Below the pieces are notes generated by a model. That model was not told the origin of the DNA, did no database searches, and was given only the letters and a program-made list of their open reading frames with translations. Positions 22,149 through 34,800 of a stretch of 64,000 nt of DNA are shown here, piece by piece. Positions within the stretch are counted from its first letter, which is position 1. Each line of letters opens with the position of its first letter. The translations under genes and the position numbers were made by a program. The DNA comes from Iphione sp. A-MEVVRFRX5 (Eukaryota), in NCBI GenBank assembly GCA_976226885.1, contig OZ320316.1, forward strand, positions 71,548,001 through 71,612,000, written 5' to 3'.

Positions 22149-25100
22149 GTAAGTGTTCCTTCAACTGTAATTCTTGTACTGGTAGAGCTTGCTTCTTCAA
22201 AAACATGGGTATTAACTGGACATGAATTTATTTTTTATTGTTTGCTTCATGCGTATTCAACAATAGACAGTAACGCAACAATATTGTCGAGGCTACTGTT
22301 CACTCTGTGTTTGTGACACTCTATTATTGAACTTTTTTATTCCGGTATGTAACTATGTCGTAAGTGTACATGCGTTTTCAAAGCTAGGTGGGTATTTTTA
22401 ATGCGGAAATAAGTAGTCTGGTCACACACACTTTGAACACTATATATCTCTGTCCCTCACTGTCTCACCACCTTTCCACAGACGTGGCCGTACCAATAAC
22501 CTAATTACGGACAGTGTTAGTTTTCGTGGGCCTGCTGGGGCTTTTAGGTGTGCCACCCTCGATGAGTTGCGTGCGTGCCGCCGTTGTGCTCAGTTGGCCA
22601 ACATGATCGGCTGGAATTTATTCTCTATCCCCCCTGGCACAATTCCTCCTCCTTCCTTGGCCACTCTCTTGCTTTTATCCTTGTTCACAACTTCCATGTC
22701 CCGAAAGCTTTCCGTCTAGCCGCAGGGGTTGGTCGTTTTGAAGCCACAGCGCAGAAGCTGCCGCCAGAAAAAGGTGACCTCCATCACATTGGTTTAATTT
22801 ACGGGTGTTAACTCTGGCGTTGTATTATAAATATAGGACTTCGGGCACTCTGATACGTTCTGGCCACTGTTTAGAAATGCATGTGAATAAAATTAATTTT
22901 CTGGTTATTTTTGTGATCTAGAGTAGAGGCAATGTGTTCTTGCGTTGAGGGAGCGGTGGTGGCAGGCCCCACTGGCTTCTTACCCTGGATAACGAGCGAG
23001 AGGCCGGCGGACTATTTCCTCTCTTGTATCACCCGCCGGAATGCCGGAAGGAATCAGTTGTCTTCCGAAAGACCAACATGAGCCAGACCTGAAAAGTCAA
23101 CTTTTAAGAGCAACCGCTGCTAGACTGGGAATTTTCCATTGGGCCTACTTCAGTTTGAATGAACTACAAAAATAAATGCGGTTTCCCATAGTTACGGCGC
23201 ATTTAATATCTTATTCATTCAATGAAACTAAAGGAGCTAGAGGTTCAGTATAGTGGTGGGCGTGGCGTTTTGGATGGTAGCAAGAGATAATAATGGAAGG
23301 GGGTTCCGCAACAGGCATATATCACCCGCGCGTTGGCGGGTGTCATTATTGTCCTCATTATAGCCCATCGATTACTGCCTGCGACCCTGGGTGCCCCAAC
23401 CCTCCAGGTTCGACCACAGTCACCAAGGTCCTTGTGGCTGCTGGGTGGTGCAGTCGTATTAGGTAGGCACACATGTGTGTCCCGAGGATCGACGGCGGCT
23501 CTACCGGAATGACGGCCTAGTCTGAGGAATATTTAAAGCCGGCTTGACACAAAACGAACTCAATGGACAACCGACTTGAATATCTGCCCCTTTATCAACA
23601 AATCGTTTACCCTCAATTTTCAGGCCCACACCTTTCCATAGACACATAAATATTTTTTCCTGAATTGAACAGCTCCTACACATATCCGGAAACATTGTCT
23701 TTCCGCAAGGTAGGCTCCCGCACAAGACTTCCGCTTCCTGAGAGTGGGAGACGTAAGGTAATAGATGACATAGAGAGCTACCGGGCGCGATCAGCGGCCA
23801 ACGCCGGCCGATTGCCTCCTGGTCGGGCGTGCTTTGTGCTAACCTTCAGCAGGGCGCTGATTTATGACAACGCAAACGACACGCACATTATTTCCAATTA
23901 ACAGTGCAGGCGGACGCTACTGCCGTTGTGGTCGTTGGCTGTGCCGGCGTCAAGGCCGCCTGATTGTTACGGGTCCGCGGTCGCCGAATGCACCGAGGCC
24001 GGGAGCGCCAGCGCTTGACCACAGATTCCCACAATGCATTGAGGACAATCCTTAAAAGGACATGCTCGAATATCCACTTATGGACACACAGGCTCGAAAA
24101 AATCTAAATATATTGCAAAATAAAATAAAGTACACGTTCTTCTAAAACTCCATTTTCAGCATTGTTTTGGTTGAAAGTTGGAAAATCTATCACGACAAAG
24201 GCACATTTGCTCTAGTGGAAATGACATGAACGTACGCATCAGAATAGTACACAGAAGGGGCGGAAATAGTCCATTTTTGTCAGTTTTGCGCACTAGTGGG
24301 AAAAGATTGATAGGCAAAAAAAAGCTAAGTGGTTCCAATGTCGAATTCATGAACCAATAGCCCATCTGCTATTATTCAGATTATCCTACCTTCTGCCTTG
24401 TGCTTCAGCTGCATGACCATCCTTTATACTATCTGTAGGTGTGATTGGCAGGAAGCTACCTACCAACACCCTCCGCATCTTGCAAACCGAGTCCCGTCAC
24501 ACTAAATGCTATCTGGGGTCGTTCTCTATTATCGCTCAACAGGCATTTGATGCAGCACCGCCTAACACGCTCTCCGTATACCACGTTCTTCCCTGTTTTA
24601 CGCCCGGTCCATTGTGCCCAGTTGGGTTATTATCCATAATAGAAGTATATCAGGAAGGGAGCGCTCGGTCTCGCTTACGGCTTCTTCCCAGTAGCCCCTC
24701 CCGGCGATACACTCGCCTCAGCCCGTGGAGTACTGGTTCTGGCAGGGATTGGGTGGTGAGCAGCGTGGCAGGCGTAGTCTGCGGCGTTATTAATAACCCC
24801 ATAACAAGTGACAAAAAGATGGCTCCATGCCTTAACGAACGATGGGACCTGCCAGTACAAACTGCGAGCTCGTGACCATCCAAACGACAAGCTGGAGTGG
24901 GCGCTCCGGTAGCAAGACTGTGGGAGGGTGGCTGGCACGGAGACTCATTGATGGTCGCTAATTAATCACACTCATCACTGGCTGCCTCTAGCTGACGCCC
25001 TCCGACTGGGGAAGGGGAAGAATATCAGGTGCTAGATGGCATGGTCTATGATGGCTTGCAAGGAGAAGGCATGCCGACGCATGTCATCAACAACTTCCGT

Positions 25101-27090
25101 TGGCGGAATGACATCAATTCCCTTCAAGTAATGAAACAGAGAAGCCATTGTCGGTCTCGCAATGTAAACAGACCCTAACATGATTTCAGCGAACACCAGG
25201 ACTTCATTTCAGAAAAAGAGATGGCTTTGAAATTAGAAATCCGTTGGTACTGGGAAGGATGTCTTACGTGCTGTAATCCATCAGTTGCGCGGGAACTATA
25301 GTGCGTGTTTGGGACATAACACAAGTACTAGGCGTCTGATGGCAATGGAGTATTTGACTTGGCATTTTTTTCTCTGTATACCCACATGTAAGCCGGAGTC
25401 TTGGTGCTTGGCTCCCCACATGCAGCGCACTTGCTTCAGCTGCCTTCACTCTGCCTGGTAACCCACTCGACGTCCTGCTCGCAATGATCCATAAGATTGA
25501 ACCTTCTTCTTCGGCAAGAAAATCGTCTGTGCCGGAAACACGTGACCTGAATAATTTCACTGTCGGCTCTTGTGAAAGTTGAAATCCCCTCGTGGCGGGA
25601 AAAGACGAAGACGATGCTCGCCAACATATTTCTCTCTTATTACCCAGTATCTGTACAAAAATAGGGTTATTTACATTCTGGGCAATTGTTTCCCAAAACA
25701 GCTAAATTTCACGCATGCCGGGGTCAATTGAATACTATAATGCAGGACAGATTTGCTATGGCCTGAAACCAAATATTCTGAACAGTTTGTCGGTGAGTAA
25801 ATATCGATCTAAAAGAGAATTTGTCTGATTAAGTGATCTTGGTTGTATTTACTGGGCCCCTGTTTTCGTTTCCGTATTGACATGCACGCTAGAGTGATCG
25901 CGCCAGACCAGGCCGGGTCCTTGAATATAAATCATTTCCAGCAGGACTTGTAAAATGGCTGCTCGAGCGTTCTACCGCATCAACGCCTATGAAAGCGGCG
26001 TCTGAAAGCAGCGTTCTTGTGAGGGGGACATGTTACCAAGCAACCGGCAAAGGATAAAATCGATATCTGATAGTGCTGAATAGATTGAGATCACGTGGCC
26101 AACCCTCTAGAAGGAGCTAGCCACAGTAGACAATGGTCAACGCGGATGTGGGAGGGGGCGGGGCGCTGGTCGAAAGGCGAGCTGGACACTGACTAATTTG
26201 TTATGATTGGACACCTGCCGTTCTCACATTGCGCAAGGCTTGCGAGTGGGCAATGTGCGAGGGCGCGTGTCTCCGATCGAAGAAGGCTCTGTGATTAGAT
26301 TTATCAGCAGAATCCCTCATGAACAGCTATGTTATCGCTGGCTCAGTCAAGCACACATACATGTCCTCCATTGTCAGTTTCTGAAAGGTAGGAACTCACC
26401 ATTTTCTACTGGGTAGACGCGACACGTACACATCCATCATTTGAGACCAGTAGTTATCATTCAGTTTTACACACGAAACGACGAAAGCAAAGTAAAAATA
26501 TTAATAATAAAAGAATGATAAATCCAATAATACAGTCTTCGGTTTAATTTCATCACTTGCATTCACACACAGATATATATATATACATGTATATGTATAT
26601 CCCAGATTGGTTGCTATCTGTTCAGAACTTAGACGTTTGCAGACACTTTGTTATTTTGATATTGATCTCTTTGTATATATGCAGTTGATTGCCAATATAT
26701 TGACTGCACACGTATAATCTGCTTTGGTGTTTACGTTGCGTCTAAAGTACCTCACTATTGATGATTGAGTTAACATGGAATGGGTAGACTAGAAAAATGC
26801 TTAACTAAGTTTGCTTGAGAGATTTCGGGGAACCCGAAATCCATATGACTTGAATATAGGCACGTCATTGGTACATGTATATGCTGTAGCTTCAAGGATA
26901 GGAATTCTGTAATTCCCTACAGTAGCTCATCTAGCACGTAGACCTGATAGTAGAGTCGAGCAATCATCGTAAATTGTCTGTCGTTAAAGGAAGAGTGAAC
27001 GTGATCTGAAAAAGCTAATTGCTTCACTGTATGTTGTCGAATATGTGTCATTTGATTGAGTTATCTAAAATTCTTCACCTGTGCTTGCAG

Positions 27091-27138
27091 CCTATGGATC
27101 TACTTGGTCAGAATGGTGGACCTACGAAGGAATATCAG
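27091..27138 (+). CDS. CA10: CARP (CA10/CA11-like) second coding exon, 48 nt, phase 1-1: (A)YGSTWSEWWTYEGIS(G)
   Basis: Acceptor ttcttcacctgtgcttgcag| and donor cag|gtagga. The translation WSEWWTYEGISG matches the W-x-E-WWTY(D/E)GISG N-terminal signature of invertebrate CARPs, which is normally followed by P-x-FWGL. Confidence 0.85.
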
Positions 27139-28812
27139 GTAGGACAATGCATAACATTTGCCACTATTTGTTTTTACCAAACGGGTATAAGCCCCTAGGC
27201 TATGAAGTTAACCAATGGGTTTATATCTTAAAATACTGGGTAGTCTACTGTCCACTGTGAATACTTTAAAACACCAAGTGGTGAATAGAACAGGAATGAC
27301 GTTTACATTATTCTCAAGTAGTGTGTTGCAAAATGAACTTTACAAAGTGAACTTGACGGAAATAACTGTGGCCATGTTGACAGCTTTAATGAAAATCTCT
27401 CATCCAGGCTGTACATTGTACATCAATTTAATGTGAATGGTCAATTATCAGGACATTTGCATTCGGCCTACCCTTTTGAAAATGCACTAATTTGGCACAA
27501 ATGTGGTTGTATGACTGGAAATAGGTTTTAAGGTGATACCGTATTTAGCGGGGTCTGTGGGAAGAGCACCTTTCACTTTAAGGCAACATTAAAGGACGCA
27601 AACACACGAAGACGCCAGTCTGCGAATGACAAGACGATTTTACCTTTCTATTTATAACCAAAAAAAGCGAAGGTTGCGGACTCACTCCCCCAAAAGTGCG
27701 ACCCAATAGTATTATCAGTCGTCGAAACTCTAGATAACAAAGTAAATAGCGCTATAATACCAGGATCTTCAGTCAAGCGAGTATCTCTTCTCGTTTGTCA
27801 CGAGCAACTGTTATAGAATGAAACACATAACGTCGGCTATAAAGATATACGGAGCTTTTTGGGCAATTCATGAATGATTTCAGGCTTCTACTTACGACAA
27901 ACCAAGTAAGAACCACTGGGATTTAATTCGTCACGGCTAAACATATACGGTCAACAAATGAATACCACTGCACTGTATTTAGATTTTGCTTTTACATTTT
28001 TGCATCATGCGACGTCAGATTCAAATGTGAATATTTATTGAGGAAACTATATTGTCAATGAGTGATGCCCTTCAACAGTAGCTGAGACTGCATGTTAATG
28101 TATTTTGCAGTCTTTTGATGAAATCAGTACATTCATGAGTTATGTGTTGTATCTATGTGTTGATAACATTTTCAACTTTGGCTCCAATGCGTTCCATCCA
28201 GGAATTCCTCCGAGAAGGAACATTGGAAGTAGAAGTTGCCTTAAGGTTTTACCAGCTGGGGCCTCAGCATACCATTAGCCTTGGTGATGTTGTGTCTCTG
28301 TCTAGTGCATATACATTTAGATAGAATTTGCATATTAAATTTTAGGAGTGTAAGGAGGTACTTGATTATTTTCGAGAAGATGCATAATCTATTTGGTAAC
28401 CATCCATTCTCTAATCTGCTTCTCAGGAAGTGTGTACTTACTAATTGCCACATACATTTCAGTAGCTGATTCATTCATGTTTTATTCATACTAAACAGAA
28501 AAGAGAGCTAGACGCCTATATGGGGCGTGACAAATGCATGAAACAACTGCCTTAACACAGTTAGGGTACACATCTTGCTTGGTGTCACTAACAAGAAAAC
28601 TAATCCATTTATCCTCTGGATTGTATCATGCATCATCATGCTAAATGAAAACCAGTCATTTAATTGGAAACCACAAAAAAGAAGCCCCAGATGTCCTACT
28701 GAAACCCACAAAGTCTTACTAAATATCACACAGCAGTGCCCCTACCCACACATATATCTTAACTTTTATTTCTAGTTAATATAAAACTCATTTTTGACCA
28801 ACCATTTACATA

Positions 28813-28872
28813 TCTTAGTTCAGGTAAGGTGAAAGCTTTCGCCCAGGTACAAGATCCCCAGTTCAAACCTCT
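28813..28872 (+). mobile_element. Possible decayed tRNA-derived SINE head
   Basis: ttagttcaggtaaggt (A-box-like) ... agttcaaacc (B-box-like) at tRNA-like spacing. Degenerate. Confidence 0.3.
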
Positions 28873-31800
28873 TTTGCTATTTGCATGTAGATAATGATTA
28901 CAGGGAAATACATTCACAATATGGCTGTTGATCATAACAACAAACAGCCTGGGACCCCAAATTTATCCTTTGGAGACCCTGTTGCATGTTCCTATCCATG
29001 AAATTAATGGCAAGTTTAGAATACACTTGGCATCCTTAACAACAAGTATGTGTCAGTATATTACCCTCATACCCAAATTTCCACAATATGACATTTTGAT
29101 ATATCATAACTACCAAAGTTGAATGCATTTCAAGAAATGTACTTAGATGTAGCGGATATGGATATGTTGACATTATGAATATCCTATCATATTTAGAACT
29201 TGTAAATAGTATGGTCATCCCAGGTTCTTCTGTTTTGAAGGAAAAGCTTATTGTTCGTATTTGGGCATATTTGGATAAACTAAAATTCAGGTGGGAAATG
29301 AGATATTATCTGACATTATGCGTATTTGGAAACAGAATAGCGAAGTTTTATCACTTTCCATCGTGAGATTATCAAGCACTCCGGTGAATATGATTCATCT
29401 AGTACTAGTGACAACTGTCTTGTAGATTTGAGTGTACATGTATGTACTTGAGAGAGATTAACCGAGGTAGACATCAAACGCTTCCCACAGCGAGGCTGCT
29501 CCTACCGACTACGCCCTGTGCGTATGTTACTTTTCATATGTTTTATAACAAGGGCATATGATATCCGATGCAAAGCTATGACGCCATTAGCCGCATACAA
29601 TGTGATGAAAGTGGTCGCTATTTGCATGCACTGCATACATATTTGCCGGTACGTACTGGGCGCATCACCCCGCTCTTGTAGACTGGCAAACCAAACTAAT
29701 AGTCCGACGCATGCCTCTGAAGCCTATGCATCACCTTTAATCTCACTTTGCTAGGGACAATAGATCCGTGAGATCCCTTACCCAGTTTACTCCGGCTCTC
29801 CCTCGTCACACACACTTACATACACCCCGATGAGATACGCGCCAATCCATTTCCCTCGAGGTAGGCATGAAATTCGATTAGAGGCAAATCTGGCGTGCCC
29901 TTTACACCCGCTAATATTTAGCTCCCGTTTCTCCTTTTTTTGCGAAGGAGTTAAGCCAACACTCCATCTGCATCACTTGCTTGTTCGAGGATCGCCCACG
30001 TCTGTGCTTGTTGGAGGTAGCCCTCAGCAGCTACACCACGCCGACAGACACTGTGGTGTCTGCCTGTCGACCGAGAAACCGGCCAATATGCACAACCACG
30101 TGGCTAGTGAAAAGGACAGAGAAGGGAAAAGTAACGACATTTGTGACAGATGAAACCTTTGCTCAATCTATCTGCATATATATGTCTACAAAAAGCACAC
30201 AACAGGCAAGTGGGCTTACAAATGCACCTTTATTACAATAAAAAGACAAGCATAAAAATTTTCTCAGAGAGTGACGTTAAGGAACGATACAAAGTGTGTG
30301 ACGTGGAGACATATCCATAACAATTAACAATGCCTGTGACGACATATATATGCATATTTCATATACACGATATATATATTTACGTACATTGATATATACA
30401 GAGAAAGAGGGAGAGTGGGAGTGACACAGAGATGCAAATGCGGAGATGAGAACAGCCAGATGTAATGACATAAGAAACAAAGAACAGCATATCTTTAGGT
30501 ACAACCAAGTGTGTTGAGGTGGGAGTGAAACCTCATGCTTTTGCCCTTTCTGTGAAAGCGTTTTAAATAGGGAATAGTGGTTGCTCGGAAATATTCGCAC
30601 TTTTGATTCTCAGACTATCCTTTGTATTTTGGGGCTAGTCATGTCTGTGCACAAAAGGTCAGAGTAGTCGGTTGCCTCATGCGTTTTCCAGGCGGTTACC
30701 TTCTCCATGGAGTGGGCGGGAAAGGGCAGCGCCAGCTGGGGAGGGACTGTGGCAGAGAGTAGAAGAGGCGCCTTCTGCATAGCGATCAACGATGGTCATG
30801 GCAGGACCACACTTTATTCTCAACTTGGTCTTAGAAACCTTGACTGACTGGAAAAAAGTGTGTAGAGCGCCCTTCTCAAATTGAGTTATTCTGCGAGAAC
30901 CCAGTAACAAACACAATCTTGTCAGTTGCAGGAAGAGCTTAAAGGAATAAGTTATTTGGTGAAACGGCAACTAATTAGCCGTGCAAAAGTAATTTAGTAA
31001 ATTAAGTAAATACATTTAATTCCGTACCTTGAACTTTGTCAACTTAGGCTTATTTTATATTGAAGATATTCCAACCTCTCGACGTCTAATTCTTTTTCAG
31101 TTACATGTGATATGACTTTCTTGAATGTACATATACATGCATGCATAGTTATTTGTTCAGGAAAAAGACTTTTCTGACGAATAAGATGTCCCACACATCA
31201 CCCAAAATTACAGTGTTTTTACATGACGTCGAGCAGCATCAAAATTACAGATAACAGAGAACAAAGAGAAGACAGAGTACAAAAAGGAAAGGGACAAATC
31301 GGATACACCATCTTCCGACTGTCCAGATGAGACTCCAACATACTATTTCTGTGAACTGAAATACGTGAAGTTCACTTTGACATGTTTTCAGTTTTCTATT
31401 TACGCTATCATATCTCTTCTCTGGTTTCTGCTCGAATGTCAGAAAACATACATTTGCGTTTATACACATTGCGGGTATACACTATGTATGTACATGTGTG
31501 TACAGAACATTAAGGTCGTATTTCCATGAGTGCATTCATGTGGGGTGCAAGCGGGTTGTACGGATCCAGGAAGTTTTGCAATTATGAGAATGCACTGGGG
31601 TATTTCCATAACATGTTGGGGTGAGTGGGACATGGTGCGTTTAGTGTGCATTGCTAAAAATAGGCAATGTCCGTAATTTCGACACCATGCTGTGGGGAAC
31701 TGTGTAGCAATAAGTAGGGAATTGAAATGTGGCAAAGGACCCGGCTCAAGATAGGATATACATTTTACATGTATAGAATCAACTTAACTTGCAAATGATT

Positions 31801-34800
31801 TTCATAAAAAGAACACACATGTTTCACAGTTATGAAGCAGTTCGAAGAAATTCATACCAAAAATGCCCAATTTCTACATTTATGAATCAATTTCAAGAAA
31901 TCTCTACGAAAAATTGCACACTATGTATGCAATCATGGAAACATATGCAGAAGGCTGCGGAAACATGACCAAAGTAGTAATTTCCGCCTGCACTCCGCAT
32001 GCATATACATTAAAATCACATTTATAGAATCATCGCTTAATAAATGTCTAAGCATACATCAGCATCAAGTGATAGTCACGATGTATTATGTCGCACCTGG
32101 CAAATGTCACACTGACTACGTACACATTTGTCTGCTCGCGTGAAGAAAAATAACTTTCCCCAGAAATTGCATACTTACGTCGCGTGCCATGTGAAAAACA
32201 ATCACAACCAGGAAGATACTGCCTTGCTAAAAGTAGTGCTTCCAACTAATCAGTAATTAAGCAGTCCTTTACTAGGTATATTATGCTTCCGTTTCTATGC
32301 AAAGTATTTTTTAAAAATTATTTATGGAAAGATTTAAAGAAAACACAGTTTGAAAGGATGGTCATTGCTAGGGTCTAGGGTCTGGTTTGAAGAAATGAAG
32401 GTACATGTAGTTCTGGTCTGTGCATTGTTCTACTATGGTTGTATAGGTTGAATACTGTGACGTATTCTTTCTAGTGATATCCATCTGAGGCGTGTTATGG
32501 TTTTTAATAGCCTTTTTTCTGCACCCCCATATGGAAACCGCATCACTACACGATGAAAACAAACGATAGCCTTCCAGAATAGAATATACATGTGTTTAAA
32601 TGTATCGTTGCCCAATGTGTTCTCGGGACTTATGTCTTCTTCACGAACGAAATGCATAGTATAATGTCTTTTTAAACTGTTTGCACAAATCTGTGTTTTA
32701 CCATGAATTGAATATTAGAATTGAATATCTGGAATGTTACATGTACGTGATAGCTAAACATTTACAAAGTCTATGGTTACCTGCTCTTTGCATCAAGACC
32801 TACTTTTGTCATCCATTCCATTGTGTACGGCTGTATATCATGCGGGAGTCAGTGCTAAGCATTCCGGCCGAAAGGACGCCAAGAACTACGTTAATGTCGA
32901 AAGAAATGCCATCAGGAGAACATCAGGCCTTTTTCTCTGAGTGGGAAAGCGTAGTGTTCGTTGTCAAGGGCGTATGTTCATATGAATACAGTAGAAACTC
33001 GTAGCAATTAAGATCACCAAATGGGTCAGACGAGTATGCCTTTATCAGCAACTTGTCCTGCTACCTAAGTTTATTGCTCATTGTGTTATAGAAAAAATCA
33101 CTGGGACCAACCAAACATGGCCCTTATTATCAATTGCTATCAGAGGGTGAGTTTTTGCTGCTGTGTGGAGGTAATGGTTTAGATATCAGGTCAATGACAC
33201 TTGCCGGGCCATCAGGCTTCAAGTTAAGAGTTGAAGGAACGTATTAGGACCTGCACCCTTTAATTGGAGATTTTAACGAAATCTTTTTCTATAGTGTTTT
33301 GAGGTATAATAGTATAATGTAATGATCTACATAGACTATACAATATAATTTATTATGATAAGCGTCATCTCCTGAACTACCGTATATGAAAAGCGGGAAC
33401 ATTGCGAAGTACGTCACAACGAGTAGCCGGCTATGGGCTCCAGGTTACGAAATGAGTTTTTTTTTTTAAATTTGTGATCACTGCTTATGTTATCTGTCCC
33501 TTCTGGTTTGCCCTGAGCTTTGTGTTTCAGTTTGGTTCTTTTCCTTAGTATACCCAGAAAGAATCCTACGCAGTGGGGAAGGCTTCAAGAAGGAGCGTGT
33601 TGATCTGTGTATTCAGCTGTTAGCTGTTCACGTCCCTTTTGAACTATCGTCTGAGGAGGCGCAAAGACCAAGGCAGCTCGAGCGAAATTTATATTCAAGA
33701 CCAACATAAGGCTGAGACAAAAACCACAGCGCTTTTGAGATGAAATTGCGGACTGTACCACCTACAAACAATGCAATAATACCTCCAATTATCTACTTCA
33801 AGGATAAATAATACTGCTCTTTTTACCCGTGGGACGACGAATGGTGCTGTGTTTTCTCTGAATTAAACATAATCTTAATGAATGATGATATGCCCAGAAT
33901 TGATGTATCATAAATAATCATAACCATTAAGCTCATATGTTACAGAAATGTACAGATAGTTCCCAATAAATATTGCACACATGCTGCCAAGTATGAAACA
34001 TGTGAATGATTATTTAGATTTGGTCTCCACCATTCTATACACTGAAAGAGCCTGAAGAATGTGTTTCTATAAAGGCCCTCAAAAACCCGTCTGTGGTTTC
34101 GGTCGGAATATCCTGTAGTATGGCAGTGCCATCACGTGATACATTTCTTTATGTCCTCACCGAACGTTGCAGCTATCATTGGGCAGATAAATTGGGTCTA
34201 TGCCTGTCTTGACTGGTCGTCCCCTCCCTTCTCACGTAAATGTTGCCAATTAAGCAGAACGTCGAAGGACTCGGCGCACTGCACACAGGTCTGCTGCCTG
34301 GCTGGCTATGACCCATATTGGATGGGCATTGCTTATTTTCTTAGCACAATATTTCAGTTTTGAAGTGGGGACCACCACTATGGTAACTACATCAGAATGA
34401 ACAACGCCTTGGTAAATTGACCTCCTCTAAAGGAATCTTACTTCAATTGAGCTTAGCCCATATGACCCGTGGGTATTGCCTTGCATATTTTACCTTGTTA
34501 TTAAGGTGTCCAAAATAATAATGACACATCTTCTATAGAAATCCTGATGTCTCTTATACCTTATGACCGTACCCGAGGGGCCAACTGTAGGCCACCAAGT
34601 GCGAGTTATTGCCGTCGAGGAGTGGACAATAGTGTGTGATCCCTTGGCTAGCTGGCAATGAAAGCTTGTGGGCGCTACAGACAATTATGGTCATTCAGGG
34701 ATAAAATAGCCTTGGGCTTCGGGCAAGCTTGAAGACACTGCGCGACAAGGAAGATGATGAGACAGTCGGAGACGCTTGCAGGTTTTGGGGATGTCGAGCA

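Noticed and set aside
23290-23462. Hydrophobic reading frame (AYITRALAGVIIVLII...) ending at a phase-1 donor, as an alternative signal exon
   Set aside because: In-frame stop with no ATG upstream, and the only acceptor is phase 0.
26821-26841. Perfect 9-bp stem with GAA loop upstream of exon 2
   Set aside because: An isolated short palindrome with no Helitron-type end or other context; expected occasionally in 64 kb.
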